Below, in pieces: positions 23,201-34,054 of a stretch of 64,000 nt of DNA (positions are counted from its first letter, which is position 1; each line of letters opens with the position of its first letter). The stretch comes from Amoebophrya sp. A120 (taxonomy: Eukaryota > Protista > Dinoflagellata): NCBI GenBank assembly GCA_905178155.1, contig CAJINV010000023.1, forward strand, positions 524,289-588,288, given 5' to 3'. Position numbers and translations under genes: made by a program. A model generated the notes under the pieces. It searched no databases, was not told the origin of the DNA, and saw only the letters and a program-made list of their open reading frames with translations.

Positions 23201-26200
23201 TCTTCCAGACCCAGACATTTTTGCATTTGATACGATGCCGGGGCGGACTACACCGCCGTCGACGGGTATGCAAGAAAAAAACTGTGTAAGTGTAAGTCTG
23301 CGATGCAGAAAATGCAAAACAGTTACGCTTGTCATGCTCCACATGCATGGTGGGCTCGCTTCCTCCGTGTTTTCCCGTCCTATCTGCGCATGACAAGGTT
23401 TTCCTGTCATGGCAGACAAACTTGTCATGCTGTTTTCCCAAGAGACCTACACTAACACAGTTTTTTCCTTCGATAACGGGCTGTCTTTCCTGTGCCCCGA
23501 TATGGGGTTCTCAGCCGTTACATTCTCAATTGTTACATGAATTTGTCATGCAAAAGCACCATCATCATCCACGCGATCAAGCTGCTTCGCATGACAAATT
23601 TGCCTAGGGCTACACAGCACCTAAATCTGTCCGCAATTTGTAATGCTACAGGCGCAATCCTCCCCCTTTCACTTTTCCCATTCTTGCATCACAAATCCAT
23701 GTAACAGTTGAGAATGTAACAGTTGAGAACGCCATACCCGAGGTCTTCCGGGTGGGGGCACTCCGGGTGCTGAACGGAATGAAAGACCTCTCCGATTTCG
23801 AGCGGGAAAAGGTATCCTGAGTAAAAACGTACCCACACCATAGTCAAGATGGGAAATCGGCTAGACAAATCCACAAGTTTTGGCTGTTTTGCATGACAAA
23901 TTTGGATTCGTAGTGTAGTGCTGTTTGAGCTAGCTCAGCAGCATCACAGATCTAGCATACCATGCTGATTGGAGCATGACAAATTGCAAAACACGACTAG
24001 AAAATGCTGTTCATGAGGCTCCGCATGAGAAACATTTTCAGCATGCAGATTTGCATTACAACTCTGGTGTGGGTACGTTTTTACTCAGGATAAAAGGTCG
24101 CGGTCCACTTCTGGAACAAAAACGCGAACTTCCGCTCCTCGATTCTTATCCTAAGTAAAAACGTCCCCCCCAGACTCAAGATGGGGATTTTACAACACAA
24201 ACCTAGAAGTTTTGGGAGTCACGCATGACAAGTTGTACTCCGCAGTGTATTTTTGCAGGTTGGCAAGGACAGCCGCATTGCAAATCCATCTGCTGGTTAT
24301 CCTGTTTACGGCATTACAGATTCCAAAACACGACTGGAAATGCCTATCATGGGCGACATGCGCATCACACATGTTTCTGGTATTGCAAATCCGCATGACA
24401 ACTCTGGGTTGGGGACGTTTTTACTCAGGATAATTCTTCCGAAAAATTTTGGCGGTCTTGATCCTTCACTGGAGCAGTACCTTTTTGGCACTTTCCAGGC
24501 GAAAAGCGATGTGGACCGGTTGAGCGAGATCGTCGCCAACTGCGTGCTATCCTGTGCAAAAGTATCGTACTCGTATTGCAATCATGCATTACAAATTTTT
24601 TTCTTCAGGTAAATCCGCATTACAAATTTTATTTCTCATGCTGAGGAAATTTGTAATGCATTTGTGCGAGTGCGATACTTTAGCAATGCATACGTGCGCG
24701 CGGAGCTGCCGAGCGACTGCCCCTACTTGCCAGGCACGGATATGTTCCCCTCCGTGGAAGCCTATCATTTGTAAAAACGTCCCCACACCAGAGTCAAGAT
24801 GGGAAATCTGCTAGACAAATCAGCCAGCTTTGGTCGTTTGGCATGACAAGTTTCTCCTCGTAGTGTAATCCTGTTTAGGTAGTTCAACAGCATCAGAGAT
24901 CCAGCATATCATGCTGATTGTAGCATCACAAATTCCAAAACACGACTAGAAAGTGCCTCTCATGGCGCTCCGCATGACAAACTTTTTTGGCATGCAGATT
25001 TGCATGACAACTCTGGTGTGGGGACGTTTTTACTCAGGATAAAGCCATCTTGGAGTTCGCAAAGAAACAGCTGTCCGACTTCCGGTCCGCAACCGCAACC
25101 ACCCCGAGTGTGATGCCGGGAGGCACCGCCGTCTACAGTGCCAGCACTGCGAACAGCAGCAAGGATATCCTGAGTAAAAACGTACCCACACCAGAGTCAA
25201 GATGGGGAATCGGCTAGACAAGTCCACAAGTTTTGGCTGTTTTGCATGACAAATTTGGATTCGTAGTGTAGTGCTGTTTGAGCTAGCTCAGCAGCATCAC
25301 AGATCTAGCGCACTATGCTGATTGGAGCATGACAAATTGCAAAACACGACTAAAGAATGCTTCTCATGGAGCTCCGCATGAGAAACATTTTCAGCATGCA
25401 GATTTGCATTACAACTCTGGTGTGGGTACGTTTTTACTCAGGATAAAGGAGGTCCGCATGGCCGGCGTGCCGGTGGGTCCGGGCTACCCCTGCTACATCG
25501 CCGCGGAAATTGGGCAAAACCACAACGGGGACATCAACCTAGCGAAGAAGCTGATCGACATATTTTGCGGAAAAATCCCCCCTCCCGATATTGAAAGCGC
25601 ATCCGCCTGAAAATTTGTGGTGCACATTTGTGACGAGCACAAATCCTGGCTGTCTTGCAAAGAGGCAAACTCAGACCGTCCGCCACATTATTTTGCAGGC
25701 GATTTGTAATGCTGTATAGGCCTACAGAGAAAACTTTGCATGCCCCTACTCGGGTTTTGTGTCTGCCTGCAACCCGCTACTGCAAGACAAAGCCAATTTG
25801 TGTACACAAATCCCGCACCACAGATTTCCACTTCGATACGGGGAGGGAGAAAATTTTTTCCCTTTGATACGACATGTCCGTGCGGTGCGGCGTAAACGCG
25901 GTCAAGTTCCAGAAGCGCGACATCCCCTCGGAGCTGACAAAAGAGGCGTATGTATCACATGCAAAAGTGTCTGGGGCTGGAAACTTGTAATGCTGAGTGA
26001 CATAGCATGTGGAGGCCACAAATGATGGCTTAGCATGACAAGTTTCTGAGCTACTTCTAAGTGTTGCCTATTCTGCATGACAAACTGCGTTTCTGCGACA
26101 CAGAAGGATAGGGCCTTTGGGTAACGTGCATGACAGACTTAAGAGTCTTGCTAGCGTAGCATCACAAACCTTGCACTCTTCCAGACCCAGACATATTTGC

Positions 26201-29200
26201 AGTTCATAGTATGACCGACCCTACGACAACCCCAACTCCTTTGGGCGGACCTACGGAGAGCACCGCATAGCCCTGGAACTTAACCCCGAAGAACACCGCG
26301 AGTTGTAGCATTTGTAAAAGCGTCCCCACCCCAGACTTGTCATGCAAAATGGCATTCCTAAAAAAAAATGTTTCTCATGCGAAGCCCCATGGAAGGCATT
26401 TTCTACTCGTGTTTCGGAATTTGTCATGCTCCAATCAGCGTAATGGGCTAGATCTGTAATGCTGCTAAACTGTCTAAACAGCATCACACTACGAGGCCAA
26501 ACTTGTCATGCGCAACAGCCAAAAGTTGTTGATTTGTCTAGCAGATTTCCCATCTTGACTATGGGGTGGGAACGTTTTCAAACATGATAAGTTGGCGATC
26601 TACGCCAAGTCGCAAGGCACGGTGTACTTTTGCACTCCCTGCGACATCCCTTCGGTGGATGTGCTGGAAGACATTGGCGTGCCGTTTTACAATATCGCAA
26701 GAAAAAAACTGTTTCCCTGTGAACTTGTGATGCAGAAAATGGAAAATCAATGGACTTAGGTCGTGCTCCGGCACAAGTCTCGCACCCCGAGACTTGTCGG
26801 GCGGGGTTTGGGGATATCGGCGGACTCGGATCGTGTCTCGCCTGGCGTCTCGTTTTCGGAGATCAATGAGCCAGGGTTTGGGGTTAAGGAAACCCACAGA
26901 AGCGAATCAAGCAAATCAATGGACTGAGGTCGTGTTCCGGCACAGTTCTCGTATTCAGAGACCTGTCGGGCGGGGCTTGGGGATATCGGCGGACTCAGAT
27001 CGTGTTTCGCCTGAAGTCCCGTTTTCGCAGATCGGTGGGCCAGGGTTTGGGGTTAAGGAAACCCACCGGAGCGAATCAAGAAAATCGATGGACTCGGGTC
27101 GTGTTCCGGCACAAGTCTCGCACTCGGAGACTTGTCGGGCGGGGTTTGGGGATATCGGCGGACTCAGATCGTGTTTCGCCTGCAGTCTCGTTTTCGGAGA
27201 TCAGTGGGCCAGGGTTTGGGGCTAAGAAAACCCACAGAAGCGAATCAAGCAAATCAATGGACTCAGGTCGTGCCCCGGCACAAGTCTCGTACTCAGAGAC
27301 TTGTCGGGCAGGGTTTGGGGATATCGGCGGACTCGGCTCGTGTTTCGCCTGAAGTCTCGTTTTCCGAGATCTGTGGGCCAGGGTTTGGGGTTAAGGAAAC
27401 CTACAGAAGCGAGGCAAGCAAATCGATGGACTTAGGTCGTGCCCCGGCACAAGTCCCGCACCCAGAGACCTGCCGGGCGGGGTTTGGGGATATCGGCGGA
27501 CTCGGCTCGTGTTTCGCCTGAAGTGGGAAAAAAGTGCGCGCGTGGCAGTTTTTCATCAATGTAATTTATAACAAAAACCTGCGATGCAGATCTTGCAAAA
27601 TCATCACAGTGAGTCGGTTTTTTCGTGGGATATACAAGGTTGCCTCCCGTGACCTGACCAACCTACCGCTGCTCTCCTATCTGGGCAGCAAGGGCAAGCC
27701 CGTCATTCTGAGCACGGGCATGGTATCAAATGCAAATATCCCTGGATGTCTGGTAAGATGCAGCGAATTTGTGTTGCTGAGTCTTGCAAGGCAGAGCGCG
27801 GTTCTGTACGGCATTCACGCACCACAAATTTTTCGCTTGGTATTGCAAGTTCTACCGTGTTTCGCATGACAAACCAGCTTCCAGCACGATAAAAAATCTG
27901 GCCCGTGATCGCATTCGTGCATTACAGATCCCGTTGTCTTTCAAAATTTACATGACAAATCCAGACCCAGACATATTTGCGATGCATACATGGCCAGCGA
28001 GGACGACATCCAGAACGGGCTGGACGCCATCGTATCAAAAGTAAAAATGTCTGGGTCTGGGAACTTGTGATGCTGGGTAGCGTCTCATGATGAGGCTACA
28101 AATGCTGGCTCAGCATGACAAGTTTATGAGCTCCTAGGTGTTGCCTATTCTGCATGACAAACTGCGCTGCTGCATCACAGAAAGGCGGAGCTCTTGGGTA
28201 ACGTGCATGACGGATTTAAGAGTCATGCCAGACAAGCATGACAAACATGAATTCTTCCAGACCCAGACATTTTTACAGTTGATACATCGGGAATGGTATC
28301 GACTGCAAATATAATCCCTGGATGTCTGGAAGAGTGGAAAGTAAACTTGTCATGCATGTTTTCCATCACCCCATGAGGTCTGGAATGCAGGACCTAGCAT
28401 GAAAGACTCTGTGAGGTGGTCTCTGTTGTGCCTATCCTGCATGAAGAGAAAGAAACTCCCTCCCAACTTGTTCGAGAGTAGTTGACAGCTTGTTTATTTG
28501 GCACTCATGAAATACAGATTTTTGCATGAAATGATTCAGATTTAGCATGACAAATTGCTAGTGATTTATTTCCAGACGTCCAGGGATAAGTATTTGCAAT
28601 CCATAAATGGCGTCAAGTGTCCGATTATCCTCCTGCAGTGCACGAGCTCGTACCCCTGCACCTATCCTGAGTAAAAACGCACCCACACCAGAGTCAGGAT
28701 GGGGATTTTGCAACACAAACCTAGGAGTTTTGTGAGTCACGCATGACGAGTTGCAGTCCGTAGTGTAGTGCATGTGAGCAAGGAAAACCGCATCACAAAT
28801 CCATCTTCTTATCCTGTTTGCAGCATTACAAATTTCAAAACACGACTGGCAATGCCTCTCATGGAGATGCGCATTACAGGTCTTCCTGTCATCGCAAATC
28901 TGCATGACAACTCTGGGGTGGGTACGTTTTTACTCAGGATAGCACCCCGGAGAACGTCAACCTGGCCTGCATGAAGACGCTGGCGGACAAGTTCGGGTTT
29001 GTGACTGGATTTTCGGACCACACCAAAGGGGTGGTCTGTCCTTTAGCCGCGGCCGTGATGGGTGCCTCGATCATTGAGAAGCACGTCACGCTCGACCGGT
29101 CGATGAAGGGCACGGACCATATCAAAGTGAAAAATCCCCCCTCCCCATATCAAATGGGAAATCTGTGATGCAGGATTTGTGTACACAAATCAGCTTTGTC

Positions 29201-30752
29201 TTGCAGTAGAGGACTGCACGCAGATACGAAGCCTGAGCTGGGCCTTTTTCGTGTAGGCGCCTAGCAAGAGAGGCTTATCCTCTGCACGCCATACAGCATC
29301 ACAAATAGCCCGCAAAACGCGGCGGAGTCTCTGGAAGCTTTGCCTTCTTGCAATACAGAGACGACTTGTGTCCGCAAATCAGCAGCGCAAATTTTCAGAA
29401 GTGTCTTTTTTCAGTATGGGGAGGGGAGCTTTTCTCTTACGATAGACCAGCCGGGCTCCCTGGAGGAGAAAGACTTGCTGGAAATGGTGCAAAACATTCG
29501 CATGGCGGAGAAAGCAGTCGGGGACGGAATCAAGTGTGTAAATCCGGCCACAGCCGCGGCAATGCACAAGCTGGCACGCAGCGTGTACTACAGTGAAAAA
29601 TGCCGCCACCTCCAAAGTTGCAAGAATTTGTGATGCGAAGTTTTCAAATGAAAACTTTTTGTCATGCATGAAAGGAGTATGGATCTTTCTGATGCAGAGT
29701 CTAGGCGTAAGTATATCGCATCGCTTGCATGACAAGCGCCACTCTTGCTGGGATCTTTTGCAATACAAATTTTCGCCATTCACGATTGGGAATCTGTAAT
29801 GATGCTGATAGATGCAAGAGGGCGAATGTTTCCGTTGGAAAGGTTTGCAATACAAATGCCTCCAAGTTCGGGGGCGGGGTTTTTTTCATTGTGATAGCGT
29901 GACCTCGAAGCGGGAGATCCAGAAGGGCGAGGTGATCCAGGAAAGCATGCTCTGCTTGAAAAGCCCGGTATGCATTGCAAATGTGTCTGGGTCTGGAAGG
30001 ATTCGAATTTGTGATGCGCATCCATTCTACATCATGACAAACTCTGTCATGCATGGCCAGCAAAAGGCCGCGCCATTTCTTGTTTACAAAAAGGGGATTT
30101 GTCATGCGGATTAGGTATTGGGATAGGGATACCTGCTCCATTATATCTGTGATCGTGATGCTAGGGCTTGCATGCCAGACGATCTGGGTCAAGCAAAAAC
30201 TGCATGACAACTTCCAGACCCAGACATAATTGCATTTCATACCCGGGGGACGGGTACAAGTGGGTGGATCGGGTAAGATTCGTCGGAAAGGTTGCCGCGC
30301 AGCTGATCCCGAGTGACGCTACCCTGCGCGACAACATGATTCTCGCGGAGCCGGAAGGGAAGAGTGGAAAGTACTGTGAGGAAAAATCCCCCCTTCCCAT
30401 ATCGAAATGGAAATCTGTGATGCGGAAAGTGTGTACACAAATCGGCTTTGTCTTGCAGTAGAGGACTGCAGGCAGATACAGAGCCTGAGTGGGGGCGTTT
30501 TGGTGTAGGGGCCTAGCAAGGCAGGCGCATCCTCTGTAGGCCATACAGCACTACAAATTGCCTGCATAACGCAGCGGGGTTTTTGGATTTGCCTTGTTGC
30601 AACACAGAGACGATTTGTGGCCACAAATCAGCATCACAAATTTTCAGAAGTGTCCCGCGTTGGTATGAAGAGGGAGGATCTTTCCTCACAATAGAAAGAA
30701 AGGGGACGGAGAACCGCAGGGAGCGACCGACTCCGTCTCTGTCGGCGCGTGA
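20232..30752 (+). CDS. neuB: Fusion: SpsF-type cytidylyltransferase-like domain + N-acetylneuraminate synthase family (NeuB) domain + SAF domain (about 28 element-introns)
   Basis: N-terminal part: CVAVVQARMFS..KPLLEVGGMPLL..IFKGASLDVVRRL..GADYT. C-terminal part: PCYIAAEIGQNHNGDINLAKKLID..AVKFQKR..YKVASRDLTNLPLL..KPVILSTGM..LLQCTSSYP..GFSDHT..IIEKHVTLDRSMKGTD..RSVTSKREIQKGEVI..LKSPGDG..GA*. The junction at 20731-21302 is ambiguous. Confidence 0.9.
23501..23736. mobile_element. Introner/MITE family I
   Basis: TIR TATGGGGTTCTCAGCCGTTACATTCTCAA ... TTGAGAATGTAACAGTTGAGAACGCCATA, TSD CCCGA. Second copy at 10264-10502 with TSD AGCTT. Confidence 0.88.
23813..24092. mobile_element. Introner/MITE family B (representative copy, 280 bp)
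   Basis: TIR TATCCTGAGTAAAAACGTACCCACACCA ... TGGTGTGGGTACGTTTTTACTCAGGATA, TSD AAAGG. Near-identical copy at 25166-25445; inverted copies at 36655-36934 and 56656-56935. Confidence 0.92.
26744..27524. repeat. 169-bp tandem repeat, about 4.6 units, inside a family D element
   Basis: The unit start AAATC(A/G)ATGGACT recurs at 26744, 26913, 27082, 27251 and 27420. Confidence 0.92.
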
Positions 30753-31848
30753 CCGTATGCATTGCAAATATGTCTGGGTGCAACTTGTAATGCGTATCTT
30801 GCATTCCTGGAAAATCTGTGTTGCATGAGCAGCAAGTGAGCAGCTTTCCTTGTTATGCAATAAGGCTTTTTGTCATGCGCGTCACGCAGCAGAGAGCGTT
30901 CCGAAAGGTTGTCATGCCCGGCTGCCATTGCAAGCGTTGCAGTCATGCGCAATTCAGCATCACAGGTTTCCAGACATCCAGGGATATTTGCATTTGATTT
31001 GTCTCTGTCGGCGCGTGAGACGTGGTAGGTGAGAGCAGGTAGTTTTCACATCAGCTGCAGCGAGCTGGTCGATGTGCGGAACATCTTTGAGCATTAAGTA
31101 GGTAGCACTCCTTCTGCACTACTACTTCTTGTTACGATCTTGATATAACTTTTGTAACCACGACAACCACAACTACAACATTGCAAGAGTTTTATTTTTC
31201 GCGTAGAACTATTTTATAATTTTTTTTTGATTTTTTCATTATGTAGACCTACCCTCACAGAATAGACGCGAATGGTAATTCTGTGCCATTTGACAGGGTC
31301 GACCCAGCTGTGGTCGTCATTTCTTCACTCACTTAGCAGGATATTTTTACGGAAGTCATTACAATTTTTACTGCTGCATTGCTTTTTTCGTAAAATGGGG
31401 AATTTTTGTTGAAGTAGACTTTTTCGATACTAATCTACGAATATTTCTAGAAGTACTGCTATTTCTAGTACTAAGCTGATTTTTAAGTATGCAAAACAAA
31501 GCGGCAAACAGATGCACCATGTTGCCAACAACAGCTTCACTAGCCACAACACCTCACAGATGTTTGTTCCTCTGTAACAAGCAGAAATAGAAATATTCCT
31601 AACCCGGGATTCAGAAAGCACTTTAGCCATTGAATTCTACAAGACCTAGAGCGGTTGACAGTAATTTGACAGGACAATGATCTATGTCATTCAAATTGGC
31701 TGTAATCTTCGATAGCTACAATGGGAGTGTAGTTTTATTTATGTTGTACTGTTTGTGAAACAACAAAAACACGATTTTTACGATTAGACAAGAGGAAAAT
31801 AAATCGCAGAAGGACGAGGAAAAATCGAGCAGAACCCTCGGACGGCGA

Positions 31849-33719
31849 GATCCATTGCGACGAGCAGGTCTGCTGCTGCTGCTTCGCAGTAAGTATCTAG
31901 CACGGGCGGTCGCTCGGCGACCGCCGGAGAGGTATGGAGTAGACAAGGAAACGATGGGCCCGATTTGTTTCCTAGTAGGAAGGTTCGTTGCAGTCGCGGG
32001 GAAGGGGGGGGACGAAAACTAACCCTACAGGCGCTGGGCTTTTCCGTGCGCCTGAGCGTCCGAGAGAAAGCCAAAGGCGCGACAGCGGCCCACCCCAGTC
32101 CCCAGGAGTATGAGGAGCTCCTGGAAACAGAAAGAACACTCGGGGCCACCCCAACATGTGAGGGGGCGAGCCCTCCAGATTGTTCCCAATTTGCGAGCAC
32201 CCCCACAAGTTGCGAGCCTTCCGAGTGGCTTCTCGTCATCCTAGCTACGCTCCATTCTATTTCTAGTTACGCCCCCAAGGTGGTGGGGCTGCTTTTGACG
32301 GGGCCCACCGGGCCGCAGCTGCGGAAACTGCGCGACGAAGAACCTGGCCGGCCAGGCAGGTGCAGCGAACACAGTGGGGCTGGGCGCGCTGTGTGCGATG
32401 GCCATTCGGGGCAGCGAGAAAAGGCGCCTTTTTCTTTGCGCAGGGCGGCGGGGGCAGCCACACGAAGAGGGGGCCGCCCCCGCGGAGCAAAACGGGGCAG
32501 CCCCAACAAAGCGTAAAGCCATCCCCGGCACCGTGGCGGGGAAGGAGCTACTTCCCCTGCACCTGCGGGCCCAGCAGCGCGCGCCGCGCCACCCGTTCTC
32601 AGTATTAATTCGCCCTCCTACGGCTGCGCCCCCTTTCCCCACCCGGCACGGGTTGCTCGGCGCTAGTTTCTCCACAGGGGGCAAGGGAAGCAAGCAGCGC
32701 GGGCGAGCTCTGTGGCGCAAGCTCGGGGCGAACCGGCTCGCGAGGCAATTTTCTACTAGTAAGCTTTCTCCTAGTAAGCCCTCTACTAGTACGCGATCCA
32801 TTGCGACGAGCAGGTCTGCTGCTGCTGCTTCGCAGTAAGTACCAGTATCTGGATCTCGCGCCGCAGTGCAGACACAGTGGCGCGGGGATCCGCACATAAC
32901 AATAGAACAATAGCACTGCAGCAACTAGATTTCCTGGAAGCGGCTATATGAAGAGGCTTGGCCGAAGGGGAGGCGCCTTCTTGGCGAGGGGTTTTGGCGG
33001 GAAGGGCAGCCGACGCATGAAAAAAACTTCAGTTGCCCTGCCAAGCAGCAAAAGGCAAAGCAGCAAAGTGTGTAAGTACTTCAGGTTTCCGATGCTCGCC
33101 AAAGCACGAACAAAAGACAAAGAGAAGAAAAAACCAAAAGAAAACTGGCAGGCTTGCGCCAGCAGCAGCCCCAAACTTAGAACGCTTGGCCCGGCCGGCG
33201 CCTGTAGTGCCAGAACGAGAAGCAGGGCCCAGCAATCGGGGCAGAAAATAAGCGCTTGCCCTCCAGGTTGATGCCGTTGCATTCGGTGACAGACGCACCC
33301 CCTATCGGCTGGGGACTAGAAATCCGCAGCAGGTGCGACCGCCCTCTCTGTTTTCACATCACTGCAGCCACCCCCGCGCAGCTAGGGCCAGAATGCCGCT
33401 CTTCGGGGTACATGCGTTTCGGCTACCTGTCGCTGCGATTTGTGGAGGTAGGGGTCGCCGATGGAGGTGGTCGCTTGATGGTACATACAAACACAGCTGC
33501 AACCCTGTGAACCGCTCCGCACCTGCTGGCGCTAATAATTGTAAATAGCGCGCGCCGCTGTAGTAGCAGGGCTTCGCCACGCCTCTTGCTTCCCAGCAGC
33601 ACGCACCCCTGCTGCAGCAGCGCGCTCATTTGGTCCAGTTCGACGAGCAGGTCCATTGCGACGAGCAGGCGAGATCCATTGCGACGAGCAGGAATGATGC
33701 TGTTGCTTCGCAGTAAGTA
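31849..33719. repeat. Three dispersed 47-bp hairpin-forming direct repeats ending in GTAAGTA
   Basis: GATCCATTGCGACGAGCAGG..TGCTTCGCAGTAAGTA at 31849-31895, 32795-32841 and 33673-33719, plus partial copies at 33640-33670. Confidence 0.85.
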
Positions 33720-34054
33720 GTACATCATCTGCACTACAAAATGAAAATGCTGCGACGCGGCCGTCTTTATTTTCTATGATAAAAATTTATTGTTGTCGTG
33801 GAAAATAAGCGCGGCGCTCCTCTTTTCAAATTGATTCAGCGTCGCAAATCAATTAGTCCGAAGTTGGGACAAGGCCTGAAGTAGAGCCTCACACGAGGAC
33901 ACGCCGCTCCCCACTCAGTGCGGGGTAGGTAGAAAGACGACGATGATGAAGCACGCTTTATCTGCCTACCATTGCGGAGGTCCCTGATGCTGGCATCTCG
34001 GTGTCGCGCGAAGCACTGGGCCCTTCGCAACGCAGACCGCACGTCCTGCAGAAA

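Noticed and set aside
26794-27521. Overlapping ORFs of 116-143 aa
   Set aside because: They are translations of the 169-bp satellite inside an element.
31965-33298. ORFs of 100-227 aa on both strands as a possible transposase or gene
   Set aside because: No DDE, RT or recombinase motifs are recognisable, the composition is GC-rich and low in information, and the region lacks the elements that mark every real gene here.
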